This document shows, one piece after another, positions 30,205-40,718 of a DNA stretch of 64,000 nucleotides; the stretch's first letter is position 1, and each line of letters starts with the position of its first letter. Source of the DNA: Planctomycetales bacterium (GTDB lineage: Bacteria > 4484-113); contig JBBIRS010000002.1 in NCBI GenBank assembly GCA_037441675.1, positions 263,249 to 327,248 of the forward strand, in the 5' to 3' direction. Made by a program: the position numbers and the translations under genes. The notes beneath the pieces are model-generated. The model did not search any database and had not been told where the DNA came from. It saw only the letters and a list, made by a program, of their open reading frames with translations.

Positions 30205-30383
30205 AATGCTTCATTTTCTAAAATCTTCTCAAGGGTGAGGATGAAGTGAAGAGAGTATAAAGTTCCGTTGGTTTAGAATGAATTCTGTTATTCCAATGTA
30301 ATCGCTACTCAAGGTTGACTTTGCTATATAAGAATTTTACTAAGGGGAATTAGCAGTTGGTGAATAAACCACAATGCAACAAG

Positions 30384-33300
30384 TTATGGGCTATCCTCAA
30401 TAAGAATATCAAAGGGAGCAAGGCTAGCTGAAACGGAAAATTCACTGCTTGAGCTTGCGAGAAAATGTGGAGTAAGATCCGCTGTGGCAACATTCGCTAA
30501 TTTTTCTACGAGCTGGATTAAGTATAGTCCTACGCCTTTATCCCCATCATAATAATACACCAACAACCTACCATCAGGACTTAATTGCCAATCTTTAGGC
30601 TTCACGCCGATTATCTCAGAGATGTTTACTGGAAAAGAATGCGAATCTTTTTCCACATCAGCCTGAAATATTACTAATTCACCATTCTCCAGATTCCACC
30701 CTATTACATCGCCGTTTATGCTTGCTTGTAGATTTGACTTTGCTGCACCATCCTCAGCCAAATACACCTTTGCGCCAGTATCTAAATTTATTCTTACCAC
30801 CTCATTATTCCTAGTTATGAGAAAAACACTGTTTCCCCCTTCAGCTATTGCACCATCGACTATATAGAGATCAAGCTTTAACAGGTTACGCTGAGAACCT
30901 GAGAATGAATCTACCGAGATTACTTTTCCAATTCCCTTATCATTAACAAGCAAAACTTTCTCCCCATTCGCAGAAACATCCAGTATTCTCTCGCTATCCT
31001 CACCGATGGGCATATATCCAGTTTGAGTAGAGAAAAGATAACCGCGAGTTCCAGCTTCAGTATCATCAAACTTTAGATTGAAATATGTTATTTCGCCACC
31101 CCTAGTAGGAAACACTTCTTCAACTAATCCAAGACTTGGCAGGAACTTAAGTGTTTCTTTCAAACTTGAGATATGAAAGACGCTAAATCCTGATTCTCCA
31201 ACTATCGCAATTTCCTCTGCACCAGGGGCAAGGAAGACTTTTCTTGGTTCGAAAACTAGTGGAAAAGTAAATGTACTAGCCCCATCAAACTCCACAAGTT
31301 TAAGTATTGACTCGCTTTGCGCTTCTTCGCTAGAGGTTATAAAGGCAATTGGATACCTATAATCGGGGGGGGTACTATATACCACTACCTTTACAGGATT
31401 AGCGTCAAAAGAATTTCCAGCGCCATCAACAACACTAAGTTGAAGTTGATAGGAGCCTGGCTTATCAAGAATGAAACGAGGCCTTTCCTCATCACTGAAA
31501 AGGTCACCAATCGTCCAACGGAAGAATAGAGGATACTTGCCTCCTGACACATTCGCCTTGGGAGATATTACAAATGGAATAGTACCGATAACTTTCTCAG
31601 CTAAATTAATAGCACAAGAAAGTTTCCCTCCGGAAATGGGAATGGGTATCTCATTCATTTGCAGTCTGAAACCATCGTCTACTATTTGCCGAACTCTGTA
31701 GACATCAGCCTTAGCATATTTCTTTTTTACTTCATAGCCAGTTTGAGATGTACCATCCCCAAAGTCCCAAGTCACCTTTGCTCCTTTAGGGATAGAGGTA
31801 GCGGTAAGCTTTACCGTTTGTCCATCGTTATCATACTCAACCTTAACTTTGGGAGCAGGGCTACCAAATTCATAGCCTACCAGCTCCTCCGCGGTACCGA
31901 CTCTAACTGGAAGGAATAACTTTGCGCTTTGCCCCGCTGAATCGGTTATCGCTATGCTCAGAAAATCGTAGCCTGAATTCTCAAAGGAAAATGTAAAGGA
32001 TTTCCCTTCCGTAAGAACAATTTTGCCATCCGAAGTCTCCGCTCTTATCTTGAGTGGAAATACCCCACCTTGTACATTTAGCGTAAAATCAACTTTACCA
32101 GGGGCATCTAAATTCACGGTTGATGGGGAAATATTAACTTTTAACCCCTTGTCAGGTAGTTTATATTCCGCAGTAATCTCAGCTGAAAGCTCTTTTTTAA
32201 CGGTAACTCCATTGCTATCGGTGACCGTTAGCTTAGCCCAAAAATTTCCTTTCTTAAGTGGAGAGATAAGAAGGGCTTGTTGAACAGAAGTTTCACCACT
32301 AGAAAACTCCCAGTTAAATTTATATGGCGGACTTCCCCCCCTTACACTGACACCAGCAAAGAGTTTACCTCCTAGAGGCAATCGGTTGGGAAATAAAGTG
32401 GCAGAAGCTTTTAGGGGGAGCCGAGGAGCAGATGGGTCCTGGGGAAGCTCAACTGAAACATAGGCTAAATCCCAGCTGGGTGGCTTGTGATTATCATCAA
32501 CCTTAAGAAGTGTGAGAACTTTTCCATATTCAAGGTAGGTCTTTGTTGATTCAGGAACACCTGAAATAACATCAAAAACAGAATCGTTATCAAAGTCCCA
32601 GGAATAGCGACTAATCCTGCCATCGGGGTCTGTCGAGCCTTCTGCAGAGTAGGCAACTTTATACTCAGTCGTAAATGCAGATTTCCCGTTCTTTTCTGCC
32701 GGAGCTTTTTCTATAACAAAAGAGCGCTTCTCGCCATCTTCAGGTCTAACGAGCTTATCACGGGGAATCTCCTCACTTCTAGAATTAACAGTAGAAGTCT
32801 TGGTATCTTCCTTAGCATTTCCTGAAGTGGACAGCGAGCCATCTTGAGGCGATTCTTGTCGCGTCTTTTCGAAAGGCTGAACCTCGCTATATACCCCATT
32901 TGCTTGTAAATCAGATGCTTTAGGTTCGCCGCCATTTTTTGAATTTATCTTGGTATTAGCAGGCGAGGAACTCTCAGAGGCTTTCTCCATTTCCTCCGAT
33001 GTCTCTGAAATATTTTCCCTACCGCCCTCCTGTATCTGAGAATCGCCCTCAACATGGGGTGAGGTTTCCTCTGTTGAAGGCTTCTCAGTTAAAAGCTTGA
33101 AGCTAAGCTTTGCTATGGGTGGAATGTTCACAAGTGGTTCGCCTGATTTCCCTATTTTCAGCGCGTACGTGCCTGATTGATTAATTTCCACTGAGGCTAT
33201 GTTATTAAATGTATCAACGGTAAAACCAGCTATTTCAAACCATTGCCCACCAATTTCCTTCACCATAACAATATCTTCCTCGTTCTCGCCAGGCTTTAAG

Positions 33301-33689
33301 TCATCATCAAAATAGTGCAAGCGGAGTAGGACGGGTCTCTTGAATGTCATATTATCTGGTGAAATCTTATAAGCTGTTTCACGGATAGAGCCCTGGGGAG
33401 CATCCTTGGCTAGTGCAACTTCAACATAAACTTCACCATCAACAGCTCTCGCGGGGATCGTGAGCTTACAGTGACGAATGGTGATTTCTGCGCCGAAAGT
33501 TCCTACCAATCTCCTTGCAGAATTTGCGCCCAGCTCCTTCTCGAATAGTTCCTCGGCTGATTTTTCCGGCTCAGTTCGCTGAACTGCCCTGCCAGTTGGC
33601 CCAACGGACTGACAGGACGAAATAATTAGCCCGATTACCAGCCAAATTGATTTTTTTAGGATTTCGCTAGATATCTTATCCAATTTCAC
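30384..33689 (-). CDS. Large lipoprotein: ZU5-like domain, several PKD/Ig domains, C-terminal beta-propeller-like region
   Basis: Lipobox IISSC; LTIPARAV...YKISPDNMTFKRPVLLRLHY (ZU5-like); STDPDGRISRYSWDFDND, GGSPPYKFNW and WDFGDG PKD motifs; repeated SPDG/SANG-type blade starts at the C-terminus. Confidence 0.7.
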   Translation of the reverse strand: MKLDKISSEILKKSIWLVIGLIISSCQSVGPTGRAVQRTEPEKSAEELFEKELGANSARRLVGTFGAEITIRHCKLTIPARAVDGEVYVEVALAKDAPQGSIRETAYKISPDNMTFKRPVLLRLHYFDDDLKPGENEEDIVMVKEIGGQWFEIAGFTVDTFNNIASVEINQSGTYALKIGKSGEPLVNIPPIAKLSFKLLTEKPSTEETSPHVEGDSQIQEGGRENISETSEEMEKASESSSPANTKINSKNGGEPKASDLQANGVYSEVQPFEKTRQESPQDGSLSTSGNAKEDTKTSTVNSRSEEIPRDKLVRPEDGEKRSFVIEKAPAEKNGKSAFTTEYKVAYSAEGSTDPDGRISRYSWDFDNDSVFDVISGVPESTKTYLEYGKVLTLLKVDDNHKPPSWDLAYVSVELPQDPSAPRLPLKASATLFPNRLPLGGKLFAGVSVRGGSPPYKFNWEFSSGETSVQQALLISPLKKGNFWAKLTVTDSNGVTVKKELSAEITAEYKLPDKGLKVNISPSTVNLDAPGKVDFTLNVQGGVFPLKIRAETSDGKIVLTEGKSFTFSFENSGYDFLSIAITDSAGQSAKLFLPVRVGTAEELVGYEFGSPAPKVKVEYDNDGQTVKLTATSIPKGAKVTWDFGDGTSQTGYEVKKKYAKADVYRVRQIVDDGFRLQMNEIPIPISGGKLSCAINLAEKVIGTIPFVISPKANVSGGKYPLFFRWTIGDLFSDEERPRFILDKPGSYQLQLSVVDGAGNSFDANPVKVVVYSTPPDYRYPIAFITSSEEAQSESILKLVEFDGASTFTFPLVFEPRKVFLAPGAEEIAIVGESGFSVFHISSLKETLKFLPSLGLVEEVFPTRGGEITYFNLKFDDTEAGTRGYLFSTQTGYMPIGEDSERILDVSANGEKVLLVNDKGIGKVISVDSFSGSQRNLLKLDLYIVDGAIAEGGNSVFLITRNNEVVRINLDTGAKVYLAEDGAAKSNLQASINGDVIGWNLENGELVIFQADVEKDSHSFPVNISEIIGVKPKDWQLSPDGRLLVYYYDGDKGVGLYLIQLVEKLANVATADLTPHFLASSSSEFSVSASLAPFDILIEDSP

Positions 33690-33865
33690 CTAACCTACTA
33701 TTTGGTGGATGAGAGGGAAGCTTTTGTTCATTCCTCCTGAAAGATTAATTATATCACTAATATATCAATAACGAACTCAGCAGATGAAAATAAGATATTA
33801 AAATTAGCCAAGGCATCATAATGGTAGAATATTTTGAACATATGTTTGAGCCCCATTTAATTTCT

Positions 33866-36742
33866 ATGAAGAGACATTCTCGTTTTTCAACCATCTTTAC
33901 TTTTTTGATTGCCTTGCTCTTGACAGTTAGCTCCTGCTCTTTCAGAAATAACATCAGTAACAACTCCGTGTTATCAGCTGACGATAGAAAAACATCTAGC
34001 AATTCTAGTGAATTGTTCACACCAGCAAATGGATCAAGTATGAAAATACCTTTTGAGAGACCCTATAAGGGTCCATACCGCCTTCCTAACAACCGCATTG
34101 CATACACTCAAGACACGTTAGAAGAATATCCGTTTTTGAAAGAGGCTGGCATCAAGCCTGGGATTTATCCACTAGATTCAACTGGAGATGGAAGCAAGTC
34201 CTCAAGCGCTATAGACATCTCCAATTACGGTTTTATTTCTCCTTCAATTGGAACTGTTAGAGTTCTGGTTCTAAAGGTTGAGTTTGACGGTCAAGGAGCT
34301 CTACCCGGTTGGTCGAACAGCGAAATTAATAGGGCTTTATTCCAGCCAAACAGTGACAAGCCTGGTGGTAGTCTCCGAGATTACTTCTTTAGGCAGTCTC
34401 AAGGGCAGTTGAACTTGATTGGGGACATTTACCCTCAGGACAACACTTACTATCATTTGCCCGGCTCCCCAACTCTACCATTAACTGTCACTGCCGCCAC
34501 CAATTTACTTAACCAAGCTGACGCGGATGGTATCAATTTCCTGGACTACGACGCTGATAACAGTGGCAAAATTGACGCACTACTCATTCTTTACAAGGTA
34601 AATTTCAGGGAATTCGTTGGACCTTTTTGGAACGACTTTGGGAATGCAGCTCAGCAAGATGGCGTGCAGATTTTTAGGGCAAGTTTTTTGGCACATGAAG
34701 TGATTGAAGATTACAATCACTTCGTTATATTCCATGAATTCGGGCACATTTTAGGCTTGCCCGACCTCTATGACTACGGGAGTGATGCACTGCCACCTGA
34801 TCCAGGTCCTGATGGCGATGAGAGTAATGGTAACGGTTTTTGGGAGATGATGGCTGCTGGAAATTATACTTGGCCTCCTCAAAATCTGAGCGCGGTAAGC
34901 AAGTATATTTTAGGGTGGGAAGAACCAATAAATTTGACCTCTAACGTGAAAAATTTACGTGTATATCCGGTGGAAAGTGGTCGCAATAGAATTTACCGTG
35001 TCTGGAAGAATGGTGAAATCGGACCGGAATATTTCTTAATTGAAAATCGTTCCACGAGTGGGCAGTGGCTTTATAAATCTCCAGGTGTTTATCCCAGTGC
35101 TTTGTATCTCAATTTCTTTTCTAGCGGGATAGAGCTTAGGAACCTACCGGCGGGGCTGATCATATGGCACGTGGAGGAGAACGTGTTTAATGAGGTTGGG
35201 AATTTTGGCTTTGGTTGTAATGACTACGAGGAGAGAAAGTTCATTGATATGGAGGAATCCTCAGCCTCTTACTCCTTCAGCTATGGTGGACGATCCATAA
35301 TTGACCACGACGAGTATTATGGCGGAACATACGATCCATGGCCACAGACTATTAACAGCACAAATTATAATAGCTTTACCTCCACGACAATCCCTAATTC
35401 TAACTCGTACTCAGGCGAACCTACGATAGCAATAACGAATATTCGCCGTGATGGAGCAGACATACTCATTGACGTTTCAATTGGTGCTCCAGATATTGAG
35501 TTTGACCTCCCAAAGGCAGTTTTTTCGGGATACATTTCCCTTGAGCCGACGCTTGCCGCAAATGTCTCCGAGATTGAATATACCTTTAACGGAAGTCCGG
35601 TAGTAACAGTTACTGAAAGTCCCTTTACCTTTGAATATGATGTGTCCAGCCTTCCTTTTGGAAGCTACGAGTTTAGAGCCTTAGCTCGCGGATCTGCTAC
35701 GGACGATACTGACGAAGTAATCCTCCATATCATAGTTGATAATACAACCGGGACATTTCCTTTAATGGAAACCTTTGATCGTGGGAATTATCAAGTTGCC
35801 GGCACAGGCTTTACCACAGCAAGTCCCTTTAGGGTGCAGACTGGAGGTTATGACGGTTCGCCTATTTCCTATGGCGTTTACAATGCTGCGGAGGGCGGAT
35901 ATCTCCCTGACACGACGGGGCTTCTTGTTCTACCGCTAATTGACCTTACTAATGTGACTAATCCAACCCTTGTTTTCCGCCAGCACTTCAACCTGGAACA
36001 GTCGAAGGATTTTGTTGAAGTCCGTGTAAGCACTGATGATTTTGCAACACTCGGAGATATTCCTCGAACAAGAGGAGGTTCAGCTGCAGTCTTTACTGGC
36101 TATTGGGATACTTGGCGAACGAGCGAAGTCAATCTTAATCAATGGGCAAACCAAAAAGTTAGGATAGGTTTCAGATTTGTATCTGACTCCGCGGTGGCAG
36201 GTGAGCAAGCTGGCTCTCCCGCAGGTTGGTGGATTGATAATATCGTTGTGGCAGCTGATTACGCTGATTCTGTCCCTTATATAATCAATACCGGCCTTCG
36301 CGCTAACGATCTCTTTGGATTTGTACCAGAAAAACCGGAGTTGAACATCGTTCCCCAAGTAGCCAATAACCCAGAAAGCATTGTCTATAGGCTAATTACA
36401 GTAGAGGGAACGATTCAGGGAGAAATAACCGGATCCCCGCTCAATTTAGTACTTGACCTAACATCCTACAAAAACCAACGGGCAGACCTCGTTTTACAAC
36501 CAAAAGCTCAGAACGGTTTCCTAGGACCTGCGGTTTCTACACCGATACTTCTCTACAACTTGCGGGGTGATACTAATGGTGATGGAAGTGTTAACGAAAT
36601 GGACATATCTCCGCTATTAACTTTTTATGGCTTAGATTCATCAAATCAATCGTATTTACCTTGGATTGATGCAAATGGTGATTCTATAATTGACGAAAGA
36701 GATTTAACGGTCATAGGCTACTTCTTCGGTCAAACCAATTAA
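33866..36742 (+). CDS. M6 (immune inhibitor A-like) metalloprotease lipoprotein with a C-terminal dockerin-like domain
   Basis: Lipobox TVSSC; SLRDYF..QSQGQL, HEFGHILGLPDLYD, WEMMAAG, EYFLIENR, GLIIWHV, GWWIDNI; terminal GDTNGDGSVNEMD...DANGDSIIDERD. Confidence 0.9.
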   Translation: MKRHSRFSTIFTFLIALLLTVSSCSFRNNISNNSVLSADDRKTSSNSSELFTPANGSSMKIPFERPYKGPYRLPNNRIAYTQDTLEEYPFLKEAGIKPGIYPLDSTGDGSKSSSAIDISNYGFISPSIGTVRVLVLKVEFDGQGALPGWSNSEINRALFQPNSDKPGGSLRDYFFRQSQGQLNLIGDIYPQDNTYYHLPGSPTLPLTVTAATNLLNQADADGINFLDYDADNSGKIDALLILYKVNFREFVGPFWNDFGNAAQQDGVQIFRASFLAHEVIEDYNHFVIFHEFGHILGLPDLYDYGSDALPPDPGPDGDESNGNGFWEMMAAGNYTWPPQNLSAVSKYILGWEEPINLTSNVKNLRVYPVESGRNRIYRVWKNGEIGPEYFLIENRSTSGQWLYKSPGVYPSALYLNFFSSGIELRNLPAGLIIWHVEENVFNEVGNFGFGCNDYEERKFIDMEESSASYSFSYGGRSIIDHDEYYGGTYDPWPQTINSTNYNSFTSTTIPNSNSYSGEPTIAITNIRRDGADILIDVSIGAPDIEFDLPKAVFSGYISLEPTLAANVSEIEYTFNGSPVVTVTESPFTFEYDVSSLPFGSYEFRALARGSATDDTDEVILHIIVDNTTGTFPLMETFDRGNYQVAGTGFTTASPFRVQTGGYDGSPISYGVYNAAEGGYLPDTTGLLVLPLIDLTNVTNPTLVFRQHFNLEQSKDFVEVRVSTDDFATLGDIPRTRGGSAAVFTGYWDTWRTSEVNLNQWANQKVRIGFRFVSDSAVAGEQAGSPAGWWIDNIVVAADYADSVPYIINTGLRANDLFGFVPEKPELNIVPQVANNPESIVYRLITVEGTIQGEITGSPLNLVLDLTSYKNQRADLVLQPKAQNGFLGPAVSTPILLYNLRGDTNGDGSVNEMDISPLLTFYGLDSSNQSYLPWIDANGDSIIDERDLTVIGYFFGQTN

Positions 36743-36992
36743 AGAGTTTTAGGTAGTCCCCTAATCTTATCAACGCCTTTAGTGAATAAAGTATTGAAAA
36801 TACGCTTAGCTTATTTAATCAGAGAATCGGTTTACAAGACCTAGGTCTCTTGTTTAGATTAATACCTGCAGGAGGGCTTTCAGCAGATTGATTTTAATTC
36901 TAGAGATTATTGTCATCTAAGTTTATGCTCCTGTTATGCACCTTGCCATCTGTATTTTGTAATGTTATACCATACGTATGTAAACTATTAGT

Positions 36993-38429
36993 ATGGGATT
37001 AGATATGGAGAAATTTTACGGTTCGGAATCTCCTGAGTTCCTTATGAGAGTTCCACCCCATTCTAAGGAACTTGAGCAAGCAGTTCTTGGCGCGATAATG
37101 CAGGAACCTGGCGAAGCTCTTCCATCTGCTCAAGAACTTCTAAGCGTTGATGGATTTTATTATGAAAGCCATCAAATAATTTACGACTGTTGTATAAGGC
37201 TGAACAAGCGCGGTATTCCCTGCGACGCGCTGGCGGTGATTGAGGAATTACGGTCTCGGGATTTATTAGCCCACGCTGGTGGTGAAAGTTACATTTACGC
37301 ACTGGTTGCCGGCGTGCCTGATGCGTCAGCTATCGAAAGCCATTCTCGCTTGTTACACGAGAAATATTTACTCAGAAAGCTTATTCACGAATGCAATGAA
37401 ATAACTAAGGAGGCTTATGAGCAAAGTACCGATGTTTCAGAGCTACTGGACAAGGCGGAGAGAAATATTCTCCAACTTGATCAAAGCCTTGCGGGAGGTC
37501 AATTCTACGACCTAGACACAGCCATTAAAGAATTCATAAACAGCTACGAGATTGAGGAGATTGTGGATGAGCACGGCGAGGTTAGAATGAACCTTAAAAA
37601 GGCGCGTGGGATTGAGACCTCTTTTACAGCACTAGATAGAAAGCTTGGGGGATTGAAAAAGGGAGACTTGATAATAGTTGCAGCTCGTCCGGGAGTCGGT
37701 AAAACCGCGCTTATACTAAACTTTGCTTATCAAATGGCGCTAAGGGGTAAGCGAGTGGGCATCTTTAGTATGGAGATGAGCAAGGAACAGCTCGCTCTCA
37801 GGCTTTTATCTATGGCAACTGAAATTCCAAGCGACAAGCTAAGCCAAGGAGATTTCACACGTGAAGAACTTCAGAGATTAACTCGTAGATATGAAGAATT
37901 GGCTAATTTGCCAATTTTCATTGATGATACTTCAGTTTTGAATGTACGCGCCTTAAAAAACCGTGCACGGCGCATATTCGCCCACCATCGCGTTGATATA
38001 ATCTTTGTGGATTATCTCCAACTAATGGAGGGACTAAAACCAGGCGAGGGTGGTCGGGTTCAAGAGGTTACTGAAATCTCCCGCGGAATTAAGCAGATTG
38101 CTCGGGAGTTAAATATTCCCCTCGTTGCTTGTAGTCAATTATCACGTCAGGTTGAACATAGAAGTGTGCATCGGCCCATTCTCTCCGATTTGAGAGAATC
38201 TGGAGCGCTGGAACAGGACGCTGATGTGGTTATCCTTATGTATCGTGAAGATTACTATGATAAGCAGAAAGGAGAAGTTTATGCCGAAGAGCAATTAGCT
38301 ACTAGAGTGGAATTAAATGTGGCTAAGCATAGAAATGGTCCAACTGGTATAGTTTTCCTTACTTATCTTTTGCCCTTTATGCGTTTTGAGAATTACACTG
38401 GCGAGGATGTATCTATCCCTGAGTATTAA
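36993..38429 (+). CDS. dnaB: Replicative DNA helicase DnaB
   Basis: PPHSKELEQAVLG, AARPGVGKT, FSMEM, VDYLQLM, SQLSR, SDLRESGALEQDAD, KHRNGPTG. Confidence 0.97.
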   Translation: MGLDMEKFYGSESPEFLMRVPPHSKELEQAVLGAIMQEPGEALPSAQELLSVDGFYYESHQIIYDCCIRLNKRGIPCDALAVIEELRSRDLLAHAGGESYIYALVAGVPDASAIESHSRLLHEKYLLRKLIHECNEITKEAYEQSTDVSELLDKAERNILQLDQSLAGGQFYDLDTAIKEFINSYEIEEIVDEHGEVRMNLKKARGIETSFTALDRKLGGLKKGDLIIVAARPGVGKTALILNFAYQMALRGKRVGIFSMEMSKEQLALRLLSMATEIPSDKLSQGDFTREELQRLTRRYEELANLPIFIDDTSVLNVRALKNRARRIFAHHRVDIIFVDYLQLMEGLKPGEGGRVQEVTEISRGIKQIARELNIPLVACSQLSRQVEHRSVHRPILSDLRESGALEQDADVVILMYREDYYDKQKGEVYAEEQLATRVELNVAKHRNGPTGIVFLTYLLPFMRFENYTGEDVSIPEY

Positions 38430-38609
38430 GTAAGCAAATGTCACCTCTGGGTTAGTGGGTTTATCAAGATGGAGAGAATCTCGACACGAGAATCTTGCTT
38501 TTCTACAAATGAATTTATATAAACACCACAAGAGGTAACACATAAGCTGAATCTTAGATAGAATCTACATTGTTAGCGCAAGACGGAAAACAAAATCAGG
38601 AGGACAGGA

Positions 38610-40016
38610 TTGCGAATTTTGGTTGTAGGAAATGGTGGTAGAGAAAGCGCAATTGCCAATACTCTACTGGTTTCTCCTAAAGTTTCAAGGCTTTACATTA
38701 CGCCGGAGAACTTTAGCGTCATTGATCCGTTTGGGCGTGAGCGGGTCTTTCTTAAGGACATTCCTTCCACAGATATTGATGCTCTTCTTAAATTTGCACT
38801 ATCCGAAGAAATCCATCTTACGGTAGTGGGTCCTGAAGCACCTCTTGCTCTTGGTATTGTTGATGCTTTTCGCTCGGAGGGTCTTAGAATCATTGGGCCT
38901 GATAAACGTGCCGCACAACTTGAAGCTAGCAAGTCCTTCGCCAAATCTTTTATGAAAAAATACAATATTCCAACGGCGGAAGCAAAGGTTTTCACCGATT
39001 TTCAATCCGCTGAAAATTATCTAAAAACTTGCCATTATCCAACGGTTCTAAAGGCTGATGGTTTGGCTGCCGGCAAGGGGGTGATAATTTGCCAAGATTT
39101 TGAGCACGCTAAAGAAGCGCTAGATCAGCTAATGATAAAAGATGTGTTTAAGGGCGCCGGAAAGAAAGTACTCGTTGAAGAGTTCCTAGAAGGCAAGGAA
39201 ATTTCTTTCTTCTGCTTTATTGATGGAAGAGAAATCCTGGAAACGCCACCGGTTTCAGATTATAAGCGCCTGAAAGATGGAGATGAGGGACCAAATACCG
39301 GCGGTATGGGCTGTATTTGCCCCTCACCATACGCGACCGAGAAAGTAATCAAAGAATGGCGAGAAAAGATAGTTGCGCCTTTTTTGGTTGGATGTCAGAG
39401 AGAGGGTTTTGATTACCGTGGCTTTATTTACTTTGGAGTAGTTGTAACTAATGATGGCTTGAAGGTTCTTGAATTTAATGTTCGGCAGGGAGATCCTGAA
39501 GCTCAGGCGGTAATGCCCCTTTTGCTAGGCGACTTGCTTGAGATATTACTTGCAGTAGAAAGTTGTCGTTTAAGAAGGGCAGAAGCCAAATTTTCTCCTG
39601 AGTCAACGGTTACGGTTGTTCTTGCCAGCAAAAATTACCCCTTTGGAAGTTCACCTCCAGCAAGAATAGAAGGGCTTGAACGAGTTGCCAGTTTTAACGA
39701 AGTTGCTGACGAATGGCCTGATGGAACTATATATCGTAGACTTCCAAGGGTAAATGTATTTTTTGCTGGCGTTACGAAGTGCACGTCTTTTATTCCTACT
39801 GGCGTAAGCGAGGCTGAAGGCATTTGCGCAGATGTTGCGCGAAGCTTGCGACCAGGTGAAGAACGAGCGGAGTATTTTGCCACGGGTGGGAGAATTTTAA
39901 GCGTAACCGCGCGTGGAAAAGACTTGTGCGAAGCGAGAAGACTTGCCTACGAAGTTGTCAGCAACATTCACTTTGAAGGAATGCAGTTTAGAACCGATGT
40001 TGGCAAGTTAAGGTAA
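38610..40016 (+). CDS. purD: Phosphoribosylamine-glycine ligase
   Basis: GNGGRE, VGPEAPL, KADGLAAGKGV, GPNTGGMG, EFNVRQGDPE, TGGRIL. Confidence 0.96.
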   Translation: MRILVVGNGGRESAIANTLLVSPKVSRLYITPENFSVIDPFGRERVFLKDIPSTDIDALLKFALSEEIHLTVVGPEAPLALGIVDAFRSEGLRIIGPDKRAAQLEASKSFAKSFMKKYNIPTAEAKVFTDFQSAENYLKTCHYPTVLKADGLAAGKGVIICQDFEHAKEALDQLMIKDVFKGAGKKVLVEEFLEGKEISFFCFIDGREILETPPVSDYKRLKDGDEGPNTGGMGCICPSPYATEKVIKEWREKIVAPFLVGCQREGFDYRGFIYFGVVVTNDGLKVLEFNVRQGDPEAQAVMPLLLGDLLEILLAVESCRLRRAEAKFSPESTVTVVLASKNYPFGSSPPARIEGLERVASFNEVADEWPDGTIYRRLPRVNVFFAGVTKCTSFIPTGVSEAEGICADVARSLRPGEERAEYFATGGRILSVTARGKDLCEARRLAYEVVSNIHFEGMQFRTDVGKLR

Positions 40017-40229
40017 GAGGGTTATTTGTGAGCTAAGGTAATAGCTAGCCCCTCCGAAATCTTATCCACGCAATCTATGCATAACACTTGTATAAGACAT
40101 AATTGTGGCAGTATTGAATAGCAACCATAAAAAATATTTAGGATAATTAGTATTAAAGAGCAATAGGCTAGGAACAATGTGTTTGAGGTAAACAGATAAA
40201 ACGCTTCTCGTGTTAGAATTTAAGTTACT

Positions 40230-40628
40230 ATGCGATTTGATATGAGTAAAATGATGAAGCAGATACAGGCGATGCAGGACGAGATGCAGAGGAGAGTTGG
40301 AGAGGCGCGCGATAAGCTCAGAAGCACGGTAGTTAAGGGTTCCGCGGGTGGTGAATTGATTGAAGTTGAGATGAATGGTGAGCGTGAACTATTGCGTGTG
40401 TCCGTTAAGCCAGAGCTCTTTAATTCACTTGTAATTGATAACTCACTCCTTTCAGCTGAAACCAATCTAAAAGATACCGCGCAGGAGCTCGCGGACTTAA
40501 TATTCGCAGCTACAAACTCCGCTCTTGCTCAAGCTAACAAACTATACGAGGAAGTAATGTCCTCTGTCGCACCTACACAAGGAATGGACTTTAGCAATCT
40601 TGGAGACCTGCTTAGTATGTTGAAATGA
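40230..40628 (+). CDS. YbaB/EbfC family nucleoid-associated protein
   Basis: MMKQIQAMQ, VKGSAGGELIEVEMNG, DLIFAATNSAL. Confidence 0.88.
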   Translation: MRFDMSKMMKQIQAMQDEMQRRVGEARDKLRSTVVKGSAGGELIEVEMNGERELLRVSVKPELFNSLVIDNSLLSAETNLKDTAQELADLIFAATNSALAQANKLYEEVMSSVAPTQGMDFSNLGDLLSMLK

Positions 40629-40718
40629 ACATACTTCAAATTTATAGCTAATCATTTATCCGACCGCTTCTTTTACCCTGTAAGCGGAAAGTGGGGGAGA
40701 GGAATATTAAAACATAAC

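Noticed and set aside
40060..40200. Possible oriC: DnaA-box-like TTATCCACG plus weaker matches between purD and ybaB
   Set aside because: Only one near-consensus box and no dnaA nearby. The perfect TTATCCACA copies I saw lie inside fixX and fixC.
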